From: Verrucomicrobiia bacterium
Lineage (GTDB): Bacteria; Verrucomicrobiota; Verrucomicrobiia; Limisphaerales; UBA1100
Direction: 5' to 3'
Length of the DNA: 64,000 nucleotides
Assembly (NCBI GenBank): GCA_014239365.1
Contig: JAAZZB010000044.1
Location: forward strand, 133,320-197,319
In this document: positions 49,989 through 58,942 of the stretch, piece after piece
Numbering within the stretch: the first letter of the stretch is position 1
Layout: every line of letters starts with the position of its first letter
Position numbers and translations under genes: made by a program
The notes under the pieces: model-generated
Databases searched by the model: none
Seen by the model: the letters and a program-made list of their open reading frames with translations, nothing else
Told to the model about the DNA's origin: nothing

Positions 49989-50855
49989 TTGAATGAAGTC
50001 CTTGTGACCACACGCCCGTTTAATATCCAAATTTTTGTGGCTGAAGGAATTCCCGATGGCTTGCGTATGGTGGAGAAATCAAATTGGGTCGGACTCGGAT
50101 TGGTGTGTCCACGCGGCCGGTATCCACACGTTCGCAAGCGGGATGAATTTGCTAACAGCGGTGTCTATATTCTATTAGGCAATGAGGGCGATCGTGATCA
50201 ACCCACGGTGTATGTGGGCGAGGCAGAAACGGTCCGCGACCGATTGGATAATCATCAGGCAAACAAGGATTTCTGGCAGACCGCAATTGTTTTCACCACG
50301 AATGGCAATCCGCTCAACAAGGCAGAGGTGCAGTACTTGGAAGCGCGGTTGGTGGAGTTGGCAAAAAAGAACAAGCGTTGCCACTTGGACAACAGCACCC
50401 AACCAAAACGGCCAAGCCTTTCCGAGGCCGATGAAGCGAAAGTTTTCGGTTATCTCGACGAGTTACTTTCTTTGTTGCCGGTTTTGGGGGTTAATGTTTT
50501 TGAAGAGTCCGTTGTGCCATCACAAAGTAAAATTAAGTTTACTTTAGCAGGATCAAATTGGAATGCGAAAGGGTATGAGACAAACTCAGGCTTTTTGGTT
50601 TTAGCCAACAGCATTGCCCGTATAGACACAGTTCCCTCAATGGGTGCTTATCTGAAAAATAGACTAAAACTGATTGAAGACGGAATTCTTAAAGAGTCCG
50701 AAGGGAAGCTGTTTTTCACAACGGATTACGAATTCAACTCGCCTTCACACGCCGCAACCGTCATTGCGGGTAGGAATACCAATGGTCGTGATGCGTGGAA
50801 AGACAACAGCGGCAAAACCATAAAAGAACATCAACAAAACGCAGTCAAATCGTGA
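49989..50855 (+). CDS. GIY-YIG nuclease domain protein with DUF4357 C-terminal domain
   Basis: The N-terminal part is [11 protein letters not shown]...[23 protein letters not shown]...[12 protein letters not shown] (GIY-YIG core). The C-terminal [10 protein letters not shown]...[29 protein letters not shown] is the DUF4357 pattern. Non-ATG start (TTG 49989 or GTG 50004). G+C is lower than in the flanks. Confidence 0.7.
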   Translation: MNEVLVTTRPFNIQIFVAEGIPDGLRMVEKSNWVGLGLVCPRGRYPHVRKRDEFANSGVYILLGNEGDRDQPTVYVGEAETVRDRLDNHQANKDFWQTAIVFTTNGNPLNKAEVQYLEARLVELAKKNKRCHLDNSTQPKRPSLSEADEAKVFGYLDELLSLLPVLGVNVFEESVVPSQSKIKFTLAGSNWNAKGYETNSGFLVLANSIARIDTVPSMGAYLKNRLKLIEDGILKESEGKLFFTTDYEFNSPSHAATVIAGRNTNGRDAWKDNSGKTIKEHQQNAVKS

Positions 50856-50897
50856 TGTGATTTTTTGGGCAGTAGCTAAGCTCATTAGTGCGGATTG

Positions 50898-50978
50898 CAG
50901 TTGGGCCGCCAAACCCAATATCCTCTTAATTGCCATTGATGATTTGAATGATTGGGTAGGGTGTCTCAAGGGGCATTC
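50898..50978 (+). pseudogene. Orphan fragment of a sulfatase 5' end
   Basis: Encodes [25 protein letters not shown] and then diverges. It aligns to 53154-53237, the start of the intact sulfatase, with one codon indel. The last ~50 nt are near-identical. Confidence 0.8.
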
Positions 50979-51137
50979 GCCAAGGCACCTCAATGGGAAA
51001 TTGGGATAGTGCAGAAAAAGTGGGATGTGTTTTTCGGGGGAATTGGATAGAACACCGGGATTGAGACCCTTTGAACTTCTCTGGATGGGCCGGTTAAAAT
51101 AAAGTCCTCTGACGAAAATGATGCCTAACATTAAAAT

Positions 51138-52940
51138 ATGTCGTTACTAAACCTTAGCGAAGTCACTTTTTCTTGGGACGGTTCAGTCTTGCTCAACCTG
51201 ATTGATCTGGACTTGAGTCAAGGCGAACACGTTGGCTTGCTTGGGCGAAACGGTTGTGGCAAGTCGACTTTGATGAAGATGTTGGCCGGGGAAATTGTGG
51301 CGGATAAAGGCCACATTCGGCGGGCAAAAGATTTGCGGGTGACACGTCTGGCACAGGAAGTTCCAGAGGGTCTCGACGAGAAAGTAAGGGATTTTATTGG
51401 GGCCGATCTTCAATTTTCTGAAGAAGATATTTGGCAAAAGGAGAAGGCCGTTGGAGGCGTGCTAAAACAAATGAAACTCAATGGTGACGATCCGGTTAAC
51501 ACCCTTTCCTCGGGTATGAAGCGCCGGGTTTTGCTTGCCAAGGCGATCGTGAGCAAGCCGGATGTCCTGCTGCTAGATGAGCCCACCAATCATCTTGATA
51601 TCGATTCTATCCTATGGCTTGAGGGGTTTTTGAAAAACTATACCGGCACGGTGGTGTTTGTGACGCACGATCGCGTTTTCCTTCAGACGTTGGCCCAGCG
51701 CATTATTGAAATAGATCGCGGCAAATTATTTGATTGGAGTTGTGATTATCCGACGTTTTTGAAACGCAAACAGGCATTTCTGGAAGCGGAAGAAAAGCAG
51801 AATGCTCAGTTCGATAAGAAACTTGCGCAAGAGGAAGTGTGGATTCGTAAAGGCGTTATGGCACGGCGAACCCGAAACGAAGGGCGAGTGCGCGTGCTGG
51901 AAAAAATGCGTGAAGACCGCAAGAAACGCCGCAAACAAATCGGCTCCGTGAATATGCAGGCAATGGAAGCCGAGCGATCAGGGCAGTTGGTTGTTGAAAC
52001 CAAGAATCTTTCGTTTGCCTACGAGACGGAGCCCATCGTCAGTGATCTATCCACGATCATTATGCGTGGTGATCGAATTGGAATTGTCGGGAAAAATGGT
52101 TCAGGTAAGACCACGCTGCTCAAGCTTCTTCTGGGTGACCTAAAACCCACGGAAGGCTCCGTGCGTCTGGGCACCAAGCTGGAAATCATTTACTTCGATC
52201 AATTGCGTCAACAAATTGATGAAGACAAATCAATTGCTGAGAATATCGGAGAAGGGCAAGGGGCGATCACCATTAATGGTCATTCCAAGAATATTTACAG
52301 TTACTTGGAGGATTTTCTTTTTACCCCAGATCAAGCGCGCCAACCTGTTCGGCATCTTTCCGGTGGTGAGAAAAACCGACTGCTTCTGGCTCAGCTTTTT
52401 AAGCACCCTGCCAATCTCATTGTAATGGACGAGCCAACCAATGATTTGGACGCGGAAACTCTGGAGTTGCTTGAGGAAATGATCGCCAATTTCAACGGCA
52501 CACTATTGCTCGTGAGCCATGATCGCGCTTTCCTCAACAACGTAGTGCAAAGCACTTTGGTTTTTGAAGAGGACGGTGTGGTTAGGGAATATGCCGGAGG
52601 GTATGACGATTATCTGGTTCAACAAAAAGAGACTATCCCAAATGTCTACAAAGGAGCTAAAGCCACAAAAATCAAACAACCAAAAAACGTCGCGAATAAA
52701 CTCAAGAAGCTGACTTACAAAGAGCAACAACAGCTGGATGCATTGCCCGAACAAATAGCCCAGCTGGAAGAAGAGCAATCCGGAATTCAAGAACAGTTGG
52801 ATGACCCTGAATTCTTTAAAAAGACTTGGCAGAAAACCCAAAAAGCCACCCAAAGGCTTGAAGCACTAGGGACAGAATTACTTGAAGCGTATGCTCAATG
52901 GGAAGAATTGGATGCAAAAAAAACCAAGCACGAAGGGTAG
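51138..52940 (+). CDS. uup: ABC-F family ATPase, Uup-like
   Basis: Two ABC cassettes (GRNGCGKST / LSSGMKRRVLLAKA / LLLDEPTNHLD and GKNGSGKTT / LSGGEKNRLLLAQL / IVMDEPTNDLD). Linker FDKKLAQEEVWIRKGVMARRTRNEGRVRVLEKMR. C-terminal coiled coil. By recollection it is colinear with E. coli Uup. G+C is clearly lower than in neighbouring genes. Confidence 0.9.
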   Translation: MSLLNLSEVTFSWDGSVLLNLIDLDLSQGEHVGLLGRNGCGKSTLMKMLAGEIVADKGHIRRAKDLRVTRLAQEVPEGLDEKVRDFIGADLQFSEEDIWQKEKAVGGVLKQMKLNGDDPVNTLSSGMKRRVLLAKAIVSKPDVLLLDEPTNHLDIDSILWLEGFLKNYTGTVVFVTHDRVFLQTLAQRIIEIDRGKLFDWSCDYPTFLKRKQAFLEAEEKQNAQFDKKLAQEEVWIRKGVMARRTRNEGRVRVLEKMREDRKKRRKQIGSVNMQAMEAERSGQLVVETKNLSFAYETEPIVSDLSTIIMRGDRIGIVGKNGSGKTTLLKLLLGDLKPTEGSVRLGTKLEIIYFDQLRQQIDEDKSIAENIGEGQGAITINGHSKNIYSYLEDFLFTPDQARQPVRHLSGGEKNRLLLAQLFKHPANLIVMDEPTNDLDAETLELLEEMIANFNGTLLLVSHDRAFLNNVVQSTLVFEEDGVVREYAGGYDDYLVQQKETIPNVYKGAKATKIKQPKNVANKLKKLTYKEQQQLDALPEQIAQLEEEQSGIQEQLDDPEFFKKTWQKTQKATQRLEALGTELLEAYAQWEELDAKKTKHEG

Positions 52941-53109
52941 AAACTGAATGAAATGTGTTTTGGAGATCGAACCCAACGAATATCAAACCCACAGTTTCCT
53001 GGGGGGGCTTTCTGGCTTTATCTATGCTTTTGCCTGGATCGCTAATCGCGGTGGAAGCATTGTTTTTCCTTGCGGGGTCGTTGCCGTAGCGGGATGATGC
53101 GTCGCCGCT

Positions 53110-54483
53110 ATGAGAATTCTGATCGCCATTGTTTGCGTTTGTTTTGCCGCCTCAAGTTGGGCGGCTGCCAAGCCCAATGTACTCTTCATTGCCATTGATG
53201 ATTTGAATGATTGGGTGGGGTGTCTCAAGGGGCATTCTCAGGTGCGGACGCCGGTGATTGATGGGTTGGCGAAGCGCGGGGTGTTGTTTGCCAATGCGCA
53301 TTGTCAGGCGCCGATTTGTAATCCTTCGCGGGTGAGTTTGTTGACGGGGGTGCGGCCTTCCACTTCGGGGGTTTATGATTTGGATCAGCCGCATCATTTG
53401 TCGCCGCTATTGAAAAAGGCGGTAACGTTGCCGGCGCAGTTTAAGGCGAATGGGTATCACGTTTTGGGGCGCGGGAAAATTTATCACGGGCGTTATGATT
53501 ATCCGGAGGATTGGCATGACTTCAAACGGACGGGTGATGCGCGGAATAAACAGTTTCGCGTGAAGCCGGTTTCGAGCGTGCCGAGGATTGGCGTGCGCGA
53601 CTTTGGGCCGATTGATTTGGAGGAGGAACAGTTTGGCGATCTCATGAATGCGCGTTGGGCGGCGGCGCAGTTGAAGCAGGATTTCGGGAAGCCGTTTTTT
53701 TTGGCGGTCGGCGTTCGGCTACCGCACGTGCCATTGTATGCGCCGAAGCGGTTTTTTGCGCGGCATCCGGAGACGAAGGTGCGATTGCCTGCTGTACGCG
53801 CGGATGATTTGAAAGATTTGCCGCCGGCCGCGCTGGCGATCACTCGGTATATGTACGACACGCCGTTGAATCACAAATCGGTCATCGAATCGGGCAATTG
53901 GAAAAACGCGGTGGCGGCGTATCTGGCGTGCACGGAGTTTGTGGATCATTGCGTAGGCGTGATGCTCAAGGCGCTGGACGAAAGCGCGCACGCGAAAAAT
54001 ACCATCATCGTTTTGTGGAGCGACCACGGCTGGCATCTCGGCGAAAAGGAGCATTGGGCGAAGCGCTCACTCTGGGAGGAATCCACGCGCGTGCCGCTTA
54101 TCCTTGCCGGTCCGGGCATCGTGCAGGGCACCAGCCCGCGCGCGGTGGGGTTGATTGATTTGTACCCGACGCTCGCCGAGCTGTGCAGTCTGCCCAAGCC
54201 GCCGCAGAAACTGGAAGGCCACTCACTGATGCCGTTGTTAAAAAACCCAAACGCCAAATGGCCGCACGCGGCGCTGACGACGTACCATCGCAACGACCAC
54301 ACGCTGCGCACCGAGCGCTGGCGCTACATCCGCTACGCCAACGGCGACGAGGAGCTTTACGATCACGCCAAGGATTCCAACGAGTGGGATAACCTCGCGA
54401 AGGATAAAAAGTTTGCCGACGTGCTGAAGCGTTTTCGCGGGCAACTCCCGAAGGTAAACGCGCCGGATTCGCCGACGCGATGA
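53110..54483 (+). CDS. Sulfatase (iduronate-2-sulfatase-like)
   Basis: Signal peptide MRILIAIVCVCFAASSWAAA and PNVLFIAIDDLN. FGly motif CNPSRVSLLTGVRP. Confidence 0.9.
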   Translation: MRILIAIVCVCFAASSWAAAKPNVLFIAIDDLNDWVGCLKGHSQVRTPVIDGLAKRGVLFANAHCQAPICNPSRVSLLTGVRPSTSGVYDLDQPHHLSPLLKKAVTLPAQFKANGYHVLGRGKIYHGRYDYPEDWHDFKRTGDARNKQFRVKPVSSVPRIGVRDFGPIDLEEEQFGDLMNARWAAAQLKQDFGKPFFLAVGVRLPHVPLYAPKRFFARHPETKVRLPAVRADDLKDLPPAALAITRYMYDTPLNHKSVIESGNWKNAVAAYLACTEFVDHCVGVMLKALDESAHAKNTIIVLWSDHGWHLGEKEHWAKRSLWEESTRVPLILAGPGIVQGTSPRAVGLIDLYPTLAELCSLPKPPQKLEGHSLMPLLKNPNAKWPHAALTTYHRNDHTLRTERWRYIRYANGDEELYDHAKDSNEWDNLAKDKKFADVLKRFRGQLPKVNAPDSPTR

Positions 54484-54489
54484 ATTTTT

Positions 54490-54591
54490 ACCACAGAGGC
54501 ACAGAGAACACAGAGGAGAATGACCCATGCCCAATCCCAATTTGGATTTTGCTCATTTGAAATTTCTCTGTGCTCTCTGTGCCTCTGTGGT
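54490..54591. repeat. Inverted repeat built from triple CACAGAG 8-9-mers (family B)
   Basis: The arm ACCACAGAGGCACAGAGAACACAGAGG (54490-54516) matches the reverse complement of TTCTCTGTGCTCTCTGTGCCTCTGTGGT (54564-54591), with a 47-nt loop. Lies between the sulfatase gene and pdxA. Confidence 0.85.
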
Positions 54592-54609
54592 TAATTTGGC
54601 CGCGCACGA

Positions 54610-55596
54610 ATGAGTCTTCCAAAAATAGCGGTGACGATGGGTGACCCTGCGGGGGTGGGGCCGGAGGTTTGTTTGCATCTGCTGCAAAACGCGACGGTGA
54701 CGGAGATTTGTGTGCCGATTATTTTTGGCGATGCGGCGGTGCTGGAACAATCGGCGGGGCAATGCGGCCTTGCAAAGCCGGAGAAATACATTGGCGGTTT
54801 GAGCGAGGCGGACGGGGCGTGTGTTTTGGATATTGGAGCGATTGGGCTGGAGGATTTTGAAACGGGGACAGTGAATGCCGCCACGGGGCGGGCGGGGTTT
54901 GCGTTTGTGGAGAATGCCATTGATGCCGCGCTGGGCGGGCAGGTGGCATGTGTGACGACGGGGCCGCTTAATAAAGAGGCGTTGCGCGCGGCGGGGATTT
55001 CGTTCCCGGGCCACACGGAAATTTTCGCCGAAAAAACGCACACGCACAATTTTTGTATGATGCAATATTCGGCCGAGGTGCGTTGTGTGTTTGCGACCAC
55101 GCACGTGCCGTATTCCGAAGTGCCCGCGCTGTTGACCCCCGAGCGCATTCTCGAAGTGCTCGAGCTGGGCGCGCAGGCGATTAGGCGCATCGGGTGCATT
55201 AGTGGGCACGAGCCGAAAATCGGCGTGCTTGGCCTCAACCCGCACGCGGGCGAGCACGGGTTGTTTGGCGATGAAGAGGCTCGCATCATCCTGCCCGCCA
55301 TCGAGGCCGCGCGGGCGAAGGGGTTTGATGTCGAAGGCCCCATCCCGCCGGACACCGCCTTCATCCCCGCCAAACGCCGCGCCACGGATTTCTTTGTGTG
55401 CATGTATCACGACCAAGGCCACATCCCGCTCAAGGCGCTCGCCTTCGACAATGCCGTGAACACCACGCTCGGCCTCCCCATCATCCGCACCTCCGTCGAC
55501 CACGGCACCGCGCTGGACATCGCCGGCCAAGGCAAAGCCAACCCGGGCAGTTTGTTCGAGGCCGTGAAGCTGGCGGTGAAGTTGGCGAGTGGCTAA
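54610..55596 (+). CDS. pdxA: 4-hydroxythreonine-4-phosphate dehydrogenase
   Basis: IAVTMGDPAGVGPEV, FPGHTE, NPHAGEHG and SVDHGTALDIAGQGKANPGSL are PdxA signature blocks. Confidence 0.9.
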   Translation: MSLPKIAVTMGDPAGVGPEVCLHLLQNATVTEICVPIIFGDAAVLEQSAGQCGLAKPEKYIGGLSEADGACVLDIGAIGLEDFETGTVNAATGRAGFAFVENAIDAALGGQVACVTTGPLNKEALRAAGISFPGHTEIFAEKTHTHNFCMMQYSAEVRCVFATTHVPYSEVPALLTPERILEVLELGAQAIRRIGCISGHEPKIGVLGLNPHAGEHGLFGDEEARIILPAIEAARAKGFDVEGPIPPDTAFIPAKRRATDFFVCMYHDQGHIPLKALAFDNAVNTTLGLPIIRTSVDHGTALDIAGQGKANPGSLFEAVKLAVKLASG

Positions 55597-55602
55597 CGAT
55601 CT

Positions 55603-55923
55603 CTAATCCGTCATCTCACACACCCGGTAATCGCCGGGTTTCAACTCGCCGATAGCCTCAATGATTTTGGCTTCCATCGTTTTCAGCACGGGCAGGCGAT
55701 TGGTAGGCAGCTCCAAAATTGAAATTTTCCGTTGCGTGAGATTTTGTTGGTATCGAAGATTTTTATCGGCGGTGATGAGCGCATCAAACTTGCCCTCGGC
55801 ACGGTCGAGCAAATCGCCGTTGGTGATGCCGGCCCACCCGGCGGTTTGCACCGTCACCACTTCGTGCCCGGCCAACGCATTGGCCAAGTCGTGCGGTAAG
55901 TTTTCATCCAGCAGAATTTTCAT
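55603..55923 (-). CDS. DUF5615 (PIN-like) toxin-like protein (pair 3)
   Basis: The ATG at 55923 gives MKILLDENLPHDLANALAGHEVVTVQTAGWAGITNGDLLDRAEGKFDALITADKNL. Confidence 0.7.
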   Translation of the reverse strand: MKILLDENLPHDLANALAGHEVVTVQTAGWAGITNGDLLDRAEGKFDALITADKNLRYQQNLTQRKISILELPTNRLPVLKTMEAKIIEAIGELKPGDYRVCEMTD

Positions 55924-56122
55924 CACCGCGGGCCAGTTGAAGAAATGCTTCGGCGTCGGTGCGCTGCACGGATGGGAATTGCTCGATAAACTCATCGAGG
56001 CTCAAGCCATCATCGAGGTAGTCCAGCGCCGTTTGCGCGGGCACGCGGGTTCCGCGAAAAACCAACCGCCCGCCGAGGATGGCGGGATCCGAATGCACGG
56101 GGCTTTGGGCGAGTGTGACCAT
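55904..56122 (-). CDS. DUF433 antitoxin-like protein (pair 3)
   Basis: The ATG at 56122 gives MVTLAQSPVHSDPAILGGRLVFRGTRVPAQTALDYLDDGLSLDEFIEQFPSVQRTDAEAFLQLA. Overlaps the toxin gene start by 20 nt. Confidence 0.75.
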   Translation of the reverse strand: MVTLAQSPVHSDPAILGGRLVFRGTRVPAQTALDYLDDGLSLDEFIEQFPSVQRTDAEAFLQLARGDENSAG

Positions 56123-56260
56123 AGGTGCAAGATAGCCCAAGGCACGGCGGAATGCGAGCTTTAGACTTAAACAGTGCTTCTGGTGCATGCGGATGATTGT
56201 CGCTCGGGGCTTGCGTTGGGTGAATGGGGCTTTAAAATTGGGCGTCCACTTTATTCGTTT

Positions 56261-58834
56261 ATGAAAAAACTTTTTTTGATTTTTTTGTTGGGAGTGCTTT
56301 CGCCGGCATTTCAGGTTTTGGCGCAGGGTGATTTTCCGGCGCAGCCGCAACCGAAGTTTCTGAGCGCGGCGGCGAGTCAAAAGCTTTTTCAATTGCCGCA
56401 GGGGTACAAACTGGAATTGGTGTTAAGCGAGCCGCAGATCAAAGAACCGGCGGTGGCGGTGTTCGATGGCGATGGAAATCTGTTTGTGGCCGAGATGCGC
56501 ACGTATATGCAGGACATCGACGGCTCGGGAAAATTTAACAAGGTCAGCCGCGTGTCCAAACACATGGACACCAACGGCGATGGGAAATTCGACAAGCACA
56601 CGGTGTTTATCGATAAGCTGTTGTTGCCGCGCATTTTGCTGCCGCTCGATGACCGGCTGATTGTTGGCGAAACCAACACGCTCGATCTTCACGCCTATCG
56701 CGATACGGACGGCGACGGCGTGGCGGATGAGAAAAAACTTTTTTACAAAGGCGGCCCGCGTGGCGGAAATCTGGAGCATCAACCGAGCGGCTTGATTTGG
56801 AGCGTGGATAACTGGCTGTACACCACGTACAATGCGTATCGGCTGCGGCTGCACAATGGCAACGTGCTGAAGGAATCCACCGCGCCGAACAGCGGTCAAT
56901 GGGGGCTTACGCAGGATAACCACGGCAAACCGTGGTACGTGAATGCCGGCGGCGAACGCGGGCCGTTGAATTTCCAAGTGCCGATTGTTTACGGCGCGTT
57001 TAATACGAACGACCAATTCGGGCCGGCGTATCGCGTGGTGTATCCCATCGTGCCCATTCCGGATGTGCAAGGTGGGCCGCGCCGGTTTCGGCCCAAGGAA
57101 AAAACGCTGAACCATTTCACCGCCACCTGCGGCGCGGAGGTGTTCCGGGGCGATCGCCTGCCCAGGGAAATGCACGGCAACCTGTTGTTTGCCGAACCGG
57201 TGGGGCGGCTCATTCGTCGCAGCATTATTGAAAACGATGGCGGCGTGTCCAAGCTCCGCAACGCGCATCCGGGCTCGGAATTCATCCGCAGCACCGATCC
57301 CTATTTTCGGCCGGTCAATATGGTCACCGCGCCCGACGGCACGCTTTATATAGTGGACATGTATCGCGGCATTATTCAGGAAGGCAACTGGGTGCGCGCG
57401 GGGTCGTATCTGCGCAAAGTGGTGCAGCAGTACAAGCTCGACGAAGCCGTCGCACGCGGGCGCATTTGGCGTTTGGTGCACGAGAAACATCCGCGCGGGC
57501 CGCAGCCGAAAATGCTCCGCGAAACGCCTGCGCAACTCGTGGCGCACTTGGCGCATCCGAATGGTTGGTGGCGCGATACCGCGCAGAAGTTGTTGATCTT
57601 GCGCGGCGACAAAAGCGTGGCGAGCCCACTCAAAGCGATGGCGGCCAATCACAAAAACTACCTCGCCCGCCAGCACGCGTTGTGGGCGTTGGAAGGGTTG
57701 GAACTGGCCGATGCCAAAGTGATTCGCACCGCGCTCAAGGACGAACATCCGCAAGTACGCATCGCTGCCATTCGCATCAGTGAATCGCTGCACAAAGCGG
57801 GCGACGATTCATTGCTGCCCGACCTCGAAAAAATGTCGCAAGCCAAAAACGGTGAGGTCGCGCTCCAAGCGTTGATGACCGCCAAACATTTGCGCGTGGC
57901 CGATTGGGAGGATTGGCTGGTCACCGCGCGGGCGGAAAACGACAGCCGCGCAGTGCAGGATTTGGCATCGCAATTGGTGCGATCGCGCCCCGCGCCCAAT
58001 CGCCCCACGTACACCGCCGCGCAATTGAAGGTGTTGAAAAAAGGCGAAGGCATTTATCGCAGCCTGTGTTTTGCGTGCCACGGCCAGGACGGCAAAGGCG
58101 CGAAGGTTCCCGCCACCACGCCGGGCGTGAAAAAGGGCGACCGGCTGGCGGCATCGTTTGTGAACAATCGCACCATCCTCGGCCATCCCGAAATGTCCAT
58201 CAACGTGGTGTTGCACGGGCTCACCGGGCCGGTGGATGGGAAAATTTATTTAAACCAAATGATCCCGATGAAGTCATACGACGACGCGTGGGTGGCCTCG
58301 GTGCTTTCTTACGTGCGCAATAATTTCGGCAACCGCGCCACGTTCATCACCCCCGCGCAAGTGGCCAAGGCGCGCAAAGCCACGGCGGCCCGGAAGGAGC
58401 CGTGGACCATCGACGCGCTGCGGAAAGCGGTTCCGCAATACTTGGGTGACCGCAAAAAATGGAAGCTCACCGCCAGCCACAACCGCGGCAAAGTAGGCAG
58501 CGCGGTGGATGGCAATCTCGGCACGCGCTACGATACCGGCACGCCGATGCGCCCGGGGATGTGGTTCCAAGTTGAACTGCCCGCTGCCCAAGCCGTGAGC
58601 GGTTTGCGCCTCAATGCCGCCGGTTCGCCCGGCGATTATCCGCGCGGCTACGAAGTCACCGTTTCGATGGACGGCAAAAACTGGTCTGCCGCCGTAGCCA
58701 AAGGTAAAGGCACGCAACCGATGGTGGAAATATTTTTTGACACCGTAAAAGCCAAGCACATCCGCATCACCCAAACCGGCTCCACCGCGGGCCTTTACTG
58801 GAGCATTCACGACTTGCAGATTTATGGCCAGTAA
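56261..58834 (+). CDS. PVC-type putative membrane-bound dehydrogenase domain / HEAT / heme-binding (CxxCH) / F5-8 type C (discoidin) protein
   Basis: Signal peptide MKKLFLIFLLGVLSPAFQVLA. An N-terminal beta-propeller-like region (PVAVFDGDGNLFVAEM), HEAT-like repeats, cytochrome c motif CFACHGQDGKG...VLSYVRNNFGN, and a C-terminal discoidin-like domain (NLGTRYDTG...WSIHDLQIYG). Confidence 0.75.
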   Translation: MKKLFLIFLLGVLSPAFQVLAQGDFPAQPQPKFLSAAASQKLFQLPQGYKLELVLSEPQIKEPAVAVFDGDGNLFVAEMRTYMQDIDGSGKFNKVSRVSKHMDTNGDGKFDKHTVFIDKLLLPRILLPLDDRLIVGETNTLDLHAYRDTDGDGVADEKKLFYKGGPRGGNLEHQPSGLIWSVDNWLYTTYNAYRLRLHNGNVLKESTAPNSGQWGLTQDNHGKPWYVNAGGERGPLNFQVPIVYGAFNTNDQFGPAYRVVYPIVPIPDVQGGPRRFRPKEKTLNHFTATCGAEVFRGDRLPREMHGNLLFAEPVGRLIRRSIIENDGGVSKLRNAHPGSEFIRSTDPYFRPVNMVTAPDGTLYIVDMYRGIIQEGNWVRAGSYLRKVVQQYKLDEAVARGRIWRLVHEKHPRGPQPKMLRETPAQLVAHLAHPNGWWRDTAQKLLILRGDKSVASPLKAMAANHKNYLARQHALWALEGLELADAKVIRTALKDEHPQVRIAAIRISESLHKAGDDSLLPDLEKMSQAKNGEVALQALMTAKHLRVADWEDWLVTARAENDSRAVQDLASQLVRSRPAPNRPTYTAAQLKVLKKGEGIYRSLCFACHGQDGKGAKVPATTPGVKKGDRLAASFVNNRTILGHPEMSINVVLHGLTGPVDGKIYLNQMIPMKSYDDAWVASVLSYVRNNFGNRATFITPAQVAKARKATAARKEPWTIDALRKAVPQYLGDRKKWKLTASHNRGKVGSAVDGNLGTRYDTGTPMRPGMWFQVELPAAQAVSGLRLNAAGSPGDYPRGYEVTVSMDGKNWSAAVAKGKGTQPMVEIFFDTVKAKHIRITQTGSTAGLYWSIHDLQIYGQ

Positions 58835-58942
58835 GACGCACGGCGCGTGAATGAACGGACACAAAGTTGCGTCCACTCAATCCGCCACGGAACTTTGCTG
58901 GACGAAATCCGGTGATTGTGGCAGAAAGACCCCTCACATTTT

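Noticed and set aside
49989-52940. GIY-YIG nuclease plus ABC ATPase as a two-gene defence system (PARIS/Gabija/OLD-like nuclease-ATPase logic).
   Set aside because: The ATPase has the complete canonical ABC-F/Uup architecture rather than an OLD/AriA-type one. The two genes are separated by 280 nt containing a sulfatase pseudo-fragment. The repeat footprints indicate separate insertion events.
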